The notes beneath the pieces are model-generated. The model searched no databases. It was not told the origin of the DNA and saw only the letters and a program-made list of their open reading frames with translations. Positions 51,473 to 64,000 of a stretch of 64,000 nt of DNA are shown one piece after another. The stretch lies in NCBI GenBank assembly GCA_951406725.2, contig OX597818.1, forward strand, positions 39,370,001 to 39,434,000, written 5' to 3'. How positions within the stretch are numbered: the first letter of the stretch is position 1; each line of letters opens with the position of its first letter. Source of the stretch: Octopus vulgaris. Lineage: Eukaryota. The position numbers were made by a program, and so were the translations under genes.

Positions 51473-51651
51473 CATTCCTTCATAACCATGAGGTAAGAGC
51501 ATTACTAAACCACTTTGTCGTACCCATTTGGCTTGACCACTTGAAATGAACTGATCAATAATACACTGTGCAGTATTGTGAAAGTCTCCAAATTGAGCTT
51601 CCCATATGACCAAAGAATTTGGGTTTGTCATTGAGTATCCAAGTTCAAAAC
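51473..51651 (-). CDS. OGDH: OGDH exon
   Basis: (G)[59 protein letters not shown]. Confidence 0.96.
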
Positions 51652-52531
51652 CTATTTAGAATGGAGGAATATAGAAATTACAAATTTAAACAAGATTTAT
51701 ATTATACTAGAATAAAATATAAAAGGAAAAATACATAAACATGCAAAAACTTTCTACATTTCAAATCTATATTATAAACTGTTTTTTGGTAAAAATTAAG
51801 GAACATAAAGCAAACAGTAAATAAAACTGTTCATTTCTTTAGTCGCAGTGGGTTTATTGATAAATAAAAGTAGTTTAGAACATTTAAATTTCTTTTATTG
51901 ATCTTTATCTTTCTATTTTCCTATACTATATAGGCTGAGGAATAAGGGACCACAGCAACAAAAAAAACTACCTTAGAAGTAAAATTATTTTTAATTCAAC
52001 CCAAACCAAAATGTTTGTGTGTATGTAAGCAAAACGCACATATATTCTTTTATCGGGTTCAGTTATTGGCCTGTTGCCATATTCTGGCACTGCCTCCAGG
52101 ATGGTTTTTGAGGTATTTATTTTATAGAATTTATTGTAAAGGAAGGAGTATGAAGTAAACATTAGCATAAAGGGAAATAAATTAGGTATCAACACAATGA
52201 TTTTGCTTGGCTGCAGATATATTCCCAATGGGTGTCCAAACAGTTTCTGCCTACAACTTTTCACTGAAGTTTTAGATGAGCTGAAACTATAGCAGAAAAT
52301 GCTAGTCAGATCCAACTTACAACTACACAGTAGCAAAATCAACATGCATAATCATGATTGTAATTAAAAAAAAAACACGCTAATCATAATGAAAATTCAT
52401 TCAATAATAAAATACTTTCATTACAGAGCAATTTCTTCTTTTGCCAAACAGCCAAAAGTATAAATTTTTCCCAATGCTTAATAACAAAAGGATATTTTAC
52501 AGATGAAAAAAAATACACATGACCAACTCAC

Positions 52532-52659
52532 CAAGAACTCCAAATTCAGAAAGAGAACTGTTGCACACAATGTACTGAGCTTGGTCAGAGTACAAGTGAT
52601 TTAGACTGATGAATGTTTTCTTATCTATATTCTGATGATGTAAAACATGGTGGCGATGA
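52532..52659 (-). CDS. OGDH: OGDH exon
   Basis: (S)[42 protein letters not shown](G). Confidence 0.95.
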
Positions 52660-53196
52660 CTGAAATGAAATTAAAACATACATAATGTTAAGTCTCTGAA
52701 AATATCATATACAATACTTTGTGTAGTATCAAAACTCATATAAATTGTAAATGAGTAAATCAGCACTATTACTAAAGCACTGTGCTATAATATATAATAG
52801 AATAAAATACTATATACATGGAAAATAAAATTAAGTAAAACCAGACAGGAACTTTATTAAGCCAGTTTGCTAAAATAAAAATCTAATCCTAATTAAGTGC
52901 AGTCATACTGCAATATGTTAAATCGAATTCAAGTTAATTTTTAAAAGCTCAACTTACAAAGAAAACAATTTCACAAGTTCAAATAAGTAAATTTATTTTA
53001 TAATTTTGATTGAGTTCCTAAGTAAAGATTCTGTTTTCATAATATACAAACTACTTAAAGCAAGGTTAACACCTAATTTCAGAGAAAAAGCATTAACTTG
53101 GTTTAAACTTGTGATCTTAGTTCAACAGCCCACCCCACCACCAAAGAACTTTAATAATAAAAGTAAAAAGAAAACATGAAAAAAAAAATTATACCT

Positions 53197-53990
53197 TTGC
53201 TTGCGAAGACATGTTGGGGCAAGCGAAATCGAAATCGAAGTCAAAATCGAATTGAACCAGCCAGGATCCCTGGTCTGGTGGTACGTAAAAAGCACTATCC
53301 GACTCGTGGCCGATGCCAGCGCCGCCTCCACTGGCTTCTGTGCCGGTGGCACGTAAAATACACCAATCTGACCGTACGACAGGCACCCATGCCAACCCCC
53401 TTGCTTGCGAAGACATGTTGGGGCAAGCGAAATCAAATCAAATCGAATTGAACCAGCCAGGTTCCCTGGTCTGGTGGTACGTAAAAAGCACTATCCGACT
53501 CGTGGCCGATGCCAGCGCCGCCTCCACTGGCTTCCGTGCCGGTGGCACGTAAAATACACCAATCTGACCGTACAACAGGCACCCATGCCAACCCCCTTGC
53601 TTGCGAAGACATGTTGGGGCAAGCGAAATCGAAATCGAATTGAACCAGCCAGGATCCCTGGTCTGGTGGTACGTAAAAAGCACCATCCGACTCTTGGCCG
53701 ATGCCAGCACCGCCTCGTCTGGCTTCCGTGCCGGTGGCACATAAAATACACCAATCCGACCGTGGCCGTTGCCAGCCTCGCCTGGCACCTGTGCAGGTGG
53801 CACGTAAAAAGCACCCACTACACTCACGGAGTGGTTGGCGTTAGGAAGGGCATCCAGCTGTAGAAACACTGCCAGATAAGACTGGAGCCTGGTGCAGCCT
53901 TCTGGCTTCCCAGATCCCCGGTCGAACCGTCCAACCCATGCTAGCATGGAGAACAGACGTTAAACGATGATGATGATGATGATGATGATG
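53197..53990 (+). mobile_element. Young RTE-associated repeat with tandem-amplified ~200-bp 5' segment
   Basis: Units start at 53197, 53401 and 53597; CpG-rich; the (ATG)n tail ends about 30 bp from an OGDH donor site. Confidence 0.85.
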
Positions 53991-54022
53991 AAAAGTTATA
54001 CCACAAGAAAAGATGAACTCAC

Positions 54023-54173
54023 CTAAAAGTTCCACGTTCTACATCTTGTCCACTTAAACGTACATGAACACCTTCTTTTAAAAGTGAACCAAATGCCAAG
54101 GCCTCACCGAGAGCCCAATCTGCAATACGGTTTTTGACCATATCTTCATGTGACTTCAAGATACGTTTCACAC
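54023..54173 (-). CDS. OGDH: OGDH exon
   Basis: (G)[49 protein letters not shown](S). Confidence 0.96.
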
Positions 54174-55449
54174 CTGATACAAAATACAAAGCATTTTCTT
54201 TAACCTTTTAAATTTTAGATGAAGCAATAAAAAAAAAAATCTCTTGCAAGCTTGCATTAGTTTAGAATTACAGAGTGAATTAAAAGTTCTCAAATTTTTT
54301 TTAAATCTATTTATATTAATCCAAATGGTGTCAATTTTGGGAATGTATAAAGGAGGAAGGAGGGTGAATTTAGTAACACTATAGAACAATTGTAGCAGAC
54401 TGAAACCAAGTTAATATCATTAGTAAGCTGCCTTGCCGTAATGCTAAGATATAATATTAAAGATTTATAAAATATAGCTCATTAGTATGTTAATAATGAT
54501 TTCAGAGTAGATGATGTCGGTATTGTTATTTAGCCTCAAAGGTTTATTTTATTTTCCGGGATAGCATATCTAGGACTACATTATCATGTGCCCTTCCATC
54601 TCAAAGATGTTTGAGTGAGATGTTTCTTTTTTCTAGCAAGACTAATGATCATGTAGAGGCTTTTCAAATGCTTGTCAATTATTGTGACTACACTGTTGAT
54701 AAGCAATACTATCTGTTTCACCCGTTTGCACTCAGATGAACAGAAAGTATATTTGCCAATGTCATAATGATGACCAGCATAGAAATTACTGTTTTCTTGA
54801 ACTCTTTCTCTCCTGTGTTGCAAATACTCAATGTGGTCTTCATCATCATCTTTTAACATCCATTTTCTATGCTGACATAGGTTAGATAGTTTGACAGGAC
54901 TACGTGAGCTGCAGGGCTGCACTGAACTCCAGTGCCAGCTTTATCATGGTTTCAACAACTGAATGACTTTCCTGCCAACCACATTACTTGGTTCTTTTCC
55001 AGACCACTGCTACTAGCAAGGTTGCTAAGTAACTTGCAAGACAAGAAAAGAAGTGACTGAGTAGGGGGAAAGGTATTTGAGAGGGGAGTGGCTAAAGTAT
55101 GATAGAGTTCTCTTCATGTTTTTTTCTTTCATAATGCTGTTATGTGCATTGCAAAGATTTATCCCTCAGCTTTTATCTCACACATCCTCTATTCCTTTTT
55201 GTTATCTCTCTTATTAGCTAATGTCCTCTACTGTTGTCCATATTTTATAAAAATAAAAAATTAAAATATGGAAAATTCAATCTTCTTAGCAAGTTTTTTT
55301 AAGAGCATCAAAGATATAACACCAGTGCAAGTATATCAATACAGATGATAAATGTACCACTGACCTTTAATCAGAAGGCTAGATCCTTACAAACTGCCAA
55401 CTGAAACTTAAGGCAGTTAAAATAGAAATACACTGAAAATAAAGCTTAC

Positions 55450-55669
55450 CTCTATGTAACTCAAAATCTTCAGGTGGAAGGCTAAAGCTCATTCCAATAT
55501 GTTGCAATGTCTCTTCATCAATGCCAGTCAGAGGCGATTTCATTGGATCTTTACCTTCAAAGAATCCACTCCAAGGAGAATCCAGCCAATCCCGGTTACG
55601 TACAGCTGTTTCTTTCTTGGAGGCTAAGTGGGCTTCTTCACAGATCTTATCATATTTAGCCACTTCATC
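55450..55669 (-). CDS. OGDH: OGDH exon
   Basis: DEVAKYDKICEEAH...DWLDSPWSGFF...TGIDEETLQHIG...PPEDFELHR(G). Confidence 0.95.
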
Positions 55670-55784
55670 CTGTAATTAAGCAAATAAAGAAGATACTAGA
55701 TCAGCTTTATATAAAACTGAAGTTTACAATTTACACATATCTGCCCAGTGTTGGACCTGTGCGCGTGTGTGTGTGTGTGTATGT

Positions 55785-56140
55785 GTCATCATCATCATCA
55801 TCGTTTAGCATCCGCTTTCCATGCTGGCATGGGTTGGACGGTGCAACTGGGGTCTGGGAAGCCAGAAGGCTGCACCAGGCCCAGTCTGATCTGGCAAAGT
55901 TTCTACAGCTGGATGCCCTTCCTAATGCCAACCACTCCGTGAGTGTAGTGGGTGCATTTTACGTGCCAGACGAGGCTGGCAAACGGCCATGGTCGGATGG
56001 TGCTTTTTACATGCCACCAGCACGGAAGCCAGTCAGGGCGGCACTGGCAACGGCCTCATTCAGATGTTCTCTTATGTGCCACCAGCACTGGTATCACAGC
56101 TACAATTTCCATTCATGTTGATCGATTTTGATTTTTTGAT
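55785..56140 (-). mobile_element. RTE-associated (ATG)n-tailed repeat
   Basis: Reverse orientation relative to 53197-53990. Confidence 0.8.
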
Positions 56141-56384
56141 TTGTGTGTGTGTGTAATTCTTAGCTTCCATAGACATTTAAGTAACAATGATGAAATTGAT
56201 AGATAATGAGGCTAAAAACAATTGAGAGATGAAATAGAGTGAAAGCTAAAATGTTTATTATTATGTAGTAAATATCTATCATCATTATTGTTTTATGTTT
56301 AGTTTCTATGCTATCATGGATAGAAGTTGTTACAAGTGCAGAGGAAAAAAAAAACTTATTTATGAAGATAACATTAATACACAC

Positions 56385-56537
56385 CTCATATTCCTGTTGA
56401 GACACAATGCCAGAATGAATTAATTTCTCAGCATAGGAGGCTAATACAGTCGGCTGTTTGGCAATTTTTTTGTACATAAGAGGTTGAGTGAACATGGGTT
56501 CATCAATTTCATTGTGTCCACTTCGCCTGTAGCACAC
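56385..56537 (-). CDS. OGDH: OGDH exon
   Basis: [25 protein letters not shown]...SQQEYE. Confidence 0.96.
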
Positions 56538-58057
56538 CTGTAAAAGATCCATATATAATCCAAGATTACATCAGAGATAGCTGTTTTGTACATTAAAATA
56601 CACAGAAAAGACAGAAACATATACACAAGGAAACAACTTACTTCAACAATTAAATGTAAAACTGGCAATAATAGTGTTTAAAATATATATTGCAGATCAA
56701 TGGTATACTACTAATAAGCAAGTACGGTTAAAAATTAAATATAGAGCAAATTAGTGGCTGATAGTATTAAGCTAAATCTAGGGAATACCATATACTCTAT
56801 CATTATGCAAGGTTAGACAATGTATAAAGGAAAATTTGTCCAACTAAATTCATAGCACACCTTATCCTACACTATCTTCACTTTAAAAATATTGATACAA
56901 GCTTATATTTGCAATTTATCATTGAAGATCAATTCCACAAAGTTATGATGGCTGAAAAATGTACATCAATAAACACAATGAAGGATGGTAAAGAATTCAA
57001 GAGTAAGCACTTGAACCACCTTATTGTTAGTATTAAAAGATACATTGCATTGTTCCAATTTCTATAAAATGTACAATTAAAAATGTTACTGTATTTAAAA
57101 AAAAAACCCAAAAAACTATTCTAATGAATTTTTTTAAATTACCAAAATAAAGTATGAAAAAATACTTTTCCAGCTATCTAAATATTACGGAGTCTGATAT
57201 TGTTAATAAAAATAAAACTACGCAAAAAAAAAAAAGTATGAGTATATGTGAAGGGGTGAAGGGTCGGGTGAATATATACATGTACATATGTAAATTGCAA
57301 AAACTTTCACAAGTTTCCAGTTAAAAGAAACATCTTGTAGAGGAGCAGATTTGTTGACAGTGAGTGACTAGTTGCAGAATGTTTGACGACATTTCGAATC
57401 CCATCACCAAGCTGTACAGTCTGATAGCCACAATACTAAACACTCGCTGGTTCAGTTCATTTAGCTGCAAATAGGTAATGTTGTAGATAAAGCTTACAAA
57501 CATAAGAGTAGGAGTCGTGTATAATTAATTAATATTTGTTAGCTTGCCATCCTTATGAGCCAGGAATAATAGCAGGAAACAACTCCAATATAGCAACCCT
57601 AAGAGATTCTGAAATTGGCAGGATATCCAGGAGTTCACTCTCTCTGCGACACCTTCAACAGTATAAAGCAGGTAAGAAAAATACATTGGAAATGCATAAT
57701 CTAACGAAGAACAATCAAAATTAAAGATATTCGAATATTTTGGTAGAGATTTTCAAAATCAAATTATTGGAAAAGAATGTTAAAATATTCTTCACTTTTT
57801 CCAAATTAATGCTTATTCTGCTAAACTAAAATATAACTAAGCCAATATATTTTCATATTTTTAATAATACTTTTGCAAATATTTAGAAATATGTGACCGA
57901 AACATCGAAATTACTGACAAGGTGTTTTAGTTGATAAGTTTCTTTGTAGACTAAAAAAAAAAATCTTTTTTTTTTTACATGTGTTTCAATGATTAAATTA
58001 AAAAACAACAGAAGTTAAAAATACTCCAAACAAGCAGTAAAAAGACATGGAATTTAC

Positions 58058-58237
58058 CAGATCAATCACAACGTCTTTGTTGAATCGATGTCGCCATTCA
58101 GAGGCTACTTTGCAAACATATATCACAGCTTCGGGATGGTCAGCATTCACATGAAATATTGGAGCATTGATTACTCGAGCAACATCAGTAGGGTAAGGTG
58201 ATGACCGCGATACACGAGGATCAGTTGTAAAACCAAT
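58058..58237 (-). CDS. OGDH: OGDH exon
   Basis: [38 protein letters not shown]...FNKDVVIDL. Confidence 0.96.
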
Positions 58238-59495
58238 CTAAAAGAAACAGACAAAAGAACAATATACACAAGTCAAAAGCAGTCTACTCTGCAACCATAT
58301 GAATAATTCAGAGGTTTATTTTAAATTGATCTTAATTTCTCGAAGAAGAGAGGAAATCTTCCTAGCATATTTGTAACTGAGGTTACACTGTATTTCAAAA
58401 ATTCTTCTGATTCTGTAAATTTGCTTAATCTATTTTACATTTTAATTTTTTTAATTCATTTCCCACCCCAACTCTCTACTTGCAACCTCTTGGCAATACT
58501 CTGCTAGCACCTGCTACCATTCATCTCTCTCTTCCTTACTCTACCATCCCATCTATGCCCTGATCTTTGCTCCTTGTGAGAATACCCTGGCACTTACTAC
58601 CATCCCTCTCCTGCTCTTGCTGTCTCTTACTTTCTCTCTCTTTCGTTTGCTATTCCCTCTGGTTGAGGTGTCATGGACCTCCTCTACAGCAACAAACCTA
58701 TTTCAGATTCATTCTTGATCACTCTCTCTCCCTCGTTCTCCTACCTCTGGCTAGGTAACCATGTATCTCCTTTACAGCATGACACCTCTTTCTTGTTAAC
58801 TCCCCTCTCTTTTTAGGTAATCATGTCCCTCCTCTTCAGTAGCACACCTGTTTCTGCCCTCATTTTTGTTAACTCTTGCTGGGTAACTATGTACCGCCTC
58901 TGCAGCTAGACATCTGTTCCTGTCTCTCTGTCACATTCTGACCTTTCATCATCTGACAGAAGATCACCTCCTTCAATGGCCCCTTCCCCTCCTCTCTCAA
59001 AGATTTCTTGCCTTGCTAAGTTACTTGGTGACCCTGCCAGTGCAGGTGCTACTTAAAAAGCATCAAATCCACACTGTAAAGTGGTTAGCATTTAGAAGGA
59101 CATCCAGCCTTAAAAACCATATCAAAACTGACCTCACCTGTGTGAGTGGCAGATAAAAAGCATTCAGCCCACTCTACAGAGTGGTTGGTGTTAGGGAGGG
59201 CATCCAGCCATAAAAATTATGCCAAAACAGACACAGAAACATGATGCAGGCTCCTCCCTGGCCAGCTCCTGTCAAACCGTCCAACCCATGCCAGCATTGA
59301 AGGAGGACATTATAAAGAAAAAAAAATCCTTCTGAATGTAAATTGCTCTAAATGTTATGGTGTATCAACGATAATACACTGAAATTATAACTTTCTGCCT
59401 TTGCTTGAAAGAAATGAAACCAAAACTTTGTGTGAACAAAAATGAGTGTTAGGTGATTGGCATTAGTGAAACAGCTACAAAGAGATAAGAGCTAT

Positions 59496-59528
<33 letters not shown>

Positions 59529-59795
59529 ATATTGCAGGTTTATGAAGAGTAGTTTCACTAATGGTGTCATTTGCTTGTCAGGGCTATTTCACAAATATTG
59601 CACTATCTTTATAAATAAACAGTTCCCTAACAGTTATATTGCTTTTAGGTTTGTATCTTTGAAGTAAAAAGATTTCAGTGACAATAAATTATTTGCCAAA
59701 AGGTTTCAAGAAAAATTAGTGTTTGCAAAAGGGAAACAATACAATAAACATTATTCTATTAGATATTTCAATATAATAAAATGGTGATAATTTAC

Positions 59796-59924
59796 CTGAT
59801 TGTTAACAACTATGTGAATAGTACCATGGGTTGTATACATGGGCAGATCACTGAGATGAAACGTTTCATAGACAACCCCTTGACCAGCAAAGGCAGCATC
59901 TCCATGAAGTAGTACACTCATGAC
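59796..59924 (-). CDS. OGDH: OGDH exon (ThDP-binding motif)
   Basis: [43 protein letters not shown]. Confidence 0.97.
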
Positions 59925-61176
59925 CTAATAGAATAAAGAACATATTTCAAATAAAAAATAAACCACTGTTACAAACCATTTTGAAATCCACTATCACCTA
60001 CCCATTAACCCATTAAATCAGTGCCAGCAGACACACAATGGTGATTATGGCCTAAACCCTGATAACAAGATATCTCATGACAAATTAGTGTTTTGTTCTC
60101 ATCATCATCATCATCATCGTTTAACGTCCGTTTTCCGCGCTAGCACGGGTTGGACGGTTTCGACCGGGGTCTGGGGAGCTCGGGACTGCCCCAGGCTCCA
60201 GTCTAGTCTGGCAGTGTTTCTACAGCTGGAGATAAGAGAATTTGTTTCATAAATATATTTACTATCACTAACTATCTCATGACTGCACCCTTCCTTATAA
60301 ACTTAATGATGTAATTATTTGTCATGATTAATAACTTTCGATGTGTAATTTCAGCAGACAATAATATTAGCATGTGCAAATGATACTCCTCTCATTTTGC
60401 AAAATTAACAAATTCTATACAATACCAAAAGTTCAGAACATGATACTGAGGAAATTTTTCTCCCTCAAATGGTATTGAAAATATTGAGAAAAATGTTTAG
60501 ATTTTATTGCACAGAAAAATATTTCTAAGGACAGTAGCAATAAAAAGAAATTTATGTCAAAAAATGGAATAAACAATGCTATGCTACAAATATCGGCAAA
60601 ATATGTTTTCAGGCCCAATGTTTGGATGTCTGGATTCCCATATGCCAAAAATAATATACTTCTTTAAGTGTATCTATTTATTTGAAATTATGGCTGAAGA
60701 GACAAATAAATATGCCAAAAAATGTTTGCAACCACATCCCAATTGAAAATACTATAAAAGTACTGAAGCAAAACTGGGATCCTTTCCATTATGTGTATTT
60801 GTAATGGAAATATTAAGTACTAGCATTTGATTTAAATCATTTGATTAAGTACTAGCATTTGATTTAAACCTGTTGTGCACTATAAATCTAGCTCAGATAA
60901 AAAGGTTTACAAGATAATATTTTTAACATCAAAGGACTTTTTTTTTATATATCTCCATCAACAAATTCTCCTAAAAAAACTTTTCCGGTTCATGTACAGA
61001 CTTTTGTAAATATCATGTTTTTTTAATCATGAAATGTATTGAAAATTTTCACAGCAATCTAAATTGGCTGGTCTACAGAAACCAGCCCCATTAGTCATGA
61101 TCCAGAATTAGAAAAATAGAACATACAGCAACAAGATTTTTATAGTAAATGTCTAAAATTAATAATGTGTTCATAC

Positions 61177-61447
61177 TCTTTTGCCATCCTTATCTCCTTG
61201 GTAAAATTGTTCAGCTTTCGTTTTTCCCTGAACAACAGGATTGACTGCTTCCAAATGTGAGGGGTTTGCAACAACAGACATTTTTATGTTCTTGTTAGTT
61301 ACTCTATTCAGACGCTCATGGCACATGCCTAAGTGATATTTTACATCTCCAGATCCCTCATCAGATGGTTCCAGTTTAGAATCAAACTGGCAAATGATCT
61401 GTTCCAGAGGTTTCCTGCAAACATTTGCAAGTACATTCAAACGACCC
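61177..61447 (-). CDS. OGDH: OGDH exon
   Basis: (R)[17 protein letters not shown]...[10 protein letters not shown]...[23 protein letters not shown]...GKR. Confidence 0.97.
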
Positions 61448-62611
61448 CTGAAAAGAGAGAAAAACATGTAATTAAGAAAATAACATGGGATTTAAAACAT
61501 TGACATTATTTACAAATGTTTAAGAAACATTTTAAAAAGTCATAATTTGGTTTTTGATCATTTAAGAGAGAGAAACAAATGAGAACTTAACAGTAAATGT
61601 TGAGAATATTTTTATAGTAGAGAATATAAAAATATAAAGAAATATATCAACTTTAACCATCTGACCCACCATGAAATTCTAACTTTTGCCTTTTCTAGTG
61701 CTAAGTACTGATTCTATATTTCTACCTAAGTTCATGAAACAACCCATCACAATTCAGATGAGCCTTCATAAAAATTGTACGACCTATTTTTCTCTCTAAG
61801 TAGCATTTTTATAAGATTTCTTCCTAGACCTTATTTCCCTTAAAATTAACAGTAGTAAACTCAAATTAAACCCTACAACTTTAGAAAATGTAGTTCTGGG
61901 TGATGCACAGTGCCTGATAATATGATGCGCTGGTCAGAATTGAACAGCTTTTTCACCTTGAATTTACTCATCTATGACTGAGCTGCAGGCTAATTAACAA
62001 CAGGCAGTAAATCTTGTGAATCTGTTAGCAGCATTTCAATACACAATTCAATTCAAGACATTTATATCCTACATGCTGAATGCTAAATCTGATGAAGTTA
62101 TGCAACAACTTTTAACCAAAACCTGCAGTTAATCCCTTTCAGTGACAAAAGACTGGGTACCTTAAAACTGTAACAAGATGGTCAAGGGAACAAGATGTGA
62201 AGAGGTCAATTCATTGGCTGTGTGTTAACTGTCATTGAAGGTACTTTGCTTTGTGTGTGTCTGGGTGGAAGGGGCACTGATTCTATGGTATCAAGAAACA
62301 TAATCATGCAGTGAAACTCAATTCTGATCAGAAAAAGGTTTCAATTCTGATCAGAAAAGGGTTAAGCTAGGACAAATATCTAATGCATGGAAGTGATGCA
62401 TAAGGCTAATCTTTATGTGAGGGTGAGAAGAAAATCTAAAGACAAACTGCATACACCAAATCTAATGTGTATTTTAATTTTAACTTACATTTATCAAGTT
62501 CTAAAGACCCAGGATCATATATTTTAGCTCCAGGTAACTGTTATATCATCTAAGACTGTATTTACTGTGTCTTAATAGTGTTTTTTTTATAAAATTCTAA
62601 ACAAAACTGAA

Positions 62612-63390
62612 GTCATGGAAAGTATCAAAAAGTCTTCATGTGAACGTGACCTGGGTGTTATTGTCGACAGTGATTTGCGTTGGACAAAACACATCGCTAA
62701 AATTGTCAAGAAGGCTGAGGGTGTCTTGGCATCACTCACCAAATCCTTTGTGAGCTGCTCTCCGGCTATCTATCTGCGGCTTTATATAGCTATGGTAAGA
62801 CCTCACCTGGAATTTGCATCACCGGTCTGGAACCCCTATCTTGCCCAGGATATCAATCGTCTGGAAGCTGTTCAGCGACGTGCAACCAAAAGAATACCCT
62901 TCATCAGGCATTTGCCATATTCTGAACGCCTTACTTCCCTGGGCATGGACACATTGAAACTCCGACGTCTGGCAGCTGACTTGGCAGACACCCATAAAAT
63001 TATCAACCATCGTACAAACAATAACTCTGAGCACCTTTTCAAACTCCACCCATCTAACACCCGTGGACATATTTACAAAGTAAGAAAACAGCACAGCTCC
63101 CATGACTTCAGGAAACATTTTTTCACGCTGAGAGTTGCTGAAGCACAGAACAAACTGCCGGCATCAGTTGTTAGTTGTCGGAACACTGCATCCTTCAAAA
63201 CTTCCATGCTTCCTGAGATTCGCCAACACTACACTTGATTTTCTCCCTCCATACACACACAAGCATGTATCTGACTCATACATTGTTCGCGTTCCAGACA
63301 TTTCTACATTACTGCATGTACTTTATGTGCACTTTCTGACAAGTTGTGGTGCACCTGAGCATTGTATACAATAATTTCATTATTATTATA
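62612..63390 (+). mobile_element. CR1 LINE 3' end, 207-codon open remnant, (ATT)n tail
   Basis: ERDLGVIVDSDLRW..HI...VRPHLEFASPVWNPY...LEAVQRRATKRI...FFTLRV..NKLP; antisense within an OGDH intron. Confidence 0.9.
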
Positions 63391-63510
63391 TTTCTCTACT
63401 TATTTTATAAATCCTTCAAATAAGCTAAAATTGCTTCAGATAAATTCTATTTTGAAGGTTTGAGTTAAAAAACAAATATATCACAGGGTTTAAGAGTGAA
63501 AGTTACAAAC

Positions 63511-63657
63511 CTGTGAGGCATGCCAATAACAAAACTATCCACACCAAGTGAACTGCATGAATCAATGACAGCCTTCATTGCTGGAATCAGAACTTCACAG
63601 CCTTCAATACCGAAACGTTTCTCAGATGACCATTTTCGTGCAAGAAAATCTTCAAAT
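63511..63657 (-). CDS. OGDH: OGDH exon (5'-most in window; gene continues beyond 64000)
   Basis: (R)[32 protein letters not shown]...[11 protein letters not shown](R). Confidence 0.97.
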
Positions 63658-64000
63658 CTAAAAGGCAAGAATCACAAAGCAATTTTAAAAACCAATAATT
63701 AAAAAAATTTTTTAAATAAATGTTCTAAACTAAGAAAGAATGTGTAGAACATGGTTAACACTCACAATATGATTATATTTATTTTAAATAAGTGTACTGT
63801 GTATGTCAATCACCAGAAAAGTTCTTAAATGTATACCTAACCCAGTTTTAAGCTTTACTTCCTAATAATACCAAAACCAGGATTGCCAACTTCTCCAGGT
63901 TCTTTTTATTTTCCACTTCATCTAATAGCTGTTATTAGAAGGGGTAATGACGATGAAAATCAGACTCACAGATTCTCTAAAACTGGTGAGATTAAGATAT

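Noticed and set aside
53270-53830. CRISPR-like repeat-spacer look of the GTGCCGGTGGCACGTAAAAAGCAC units
   Set aside because: The intervening sequences are homologous to each other and recur in dispersed copies; part of a retroelement 3' region; no cas genes; eukaryotic context
54500-54590. Possible C/D snoRNA in an OGDH intron (ATGATAA...CTGA on -)
   Set aside because: Imperfect C box, no convincing terminal stem and no recognisable guide
58136-58138. [12 protein letters not shown] versus the usual N(S/A)DDPEAV as an editing site
   Set aside because: CAT to GAT is not reachable by A-to-I editing; an ordinary substitution
60812-60868. 25-bp direct duplication; similar short duplications at 62318-62363 and 2356-2380
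   Set aside because: Ordinary slippage duplications with no further structure
62615-63238. 207-aa ORF as a nested antisense gene
   Set aside because: C-terminal part of CR1 ORF2 with its own 3'UTR and tail; a 5'-truncated insertion

Overview
AT-rich, repeat-dense animal genomic DNA. The SINE, RTE, Dong and microsatellite landscape looks like an octopus (coleoid cephalopod) genome; this is an inference from repeat character. Two intron-split genes converge tail to tail. On + are the last 8 coding exons (4795-28762) of a Cad99C/protocadherin-15-type cadherin: last EC repeat, membrane-adjacent domain, TM helix and a tail ending in the PDZ ligand ETTTIL. On - are the last 14 coding exons (63657-44808) of 2-oxoglutarate dehydrogenase E1 (OGDH), with a probable ~4 kb 3'UTR. 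All exons were phased by hand and have GT-AG boundaries. Introns and the ~11 kb intergenic gap hold CR1, RTE, R4/Dong and Penelope-like retroelement fragments, several tRNA-derived SINE families, Tc1/mariner relics, hAT MITEs, non-autonomous Helitrons and long (TA)n tracts. Most ORFs in the supplied track are artefacts. The most interesting unexplained structures are: two Penelope-associated minimal hammerhead-ribozyme motifs, one with an intact U3-A8 variant core in the sense strand of a cadherin intron and inside a long fold-back; a genomic His codon (CAT) at an otherwise conserved OGDH Arg, a candidate for restorative A-to-I recoding; and inverted retroelement pairs bracketing exons. No prokaryote-type system or CRISPR array is supported.
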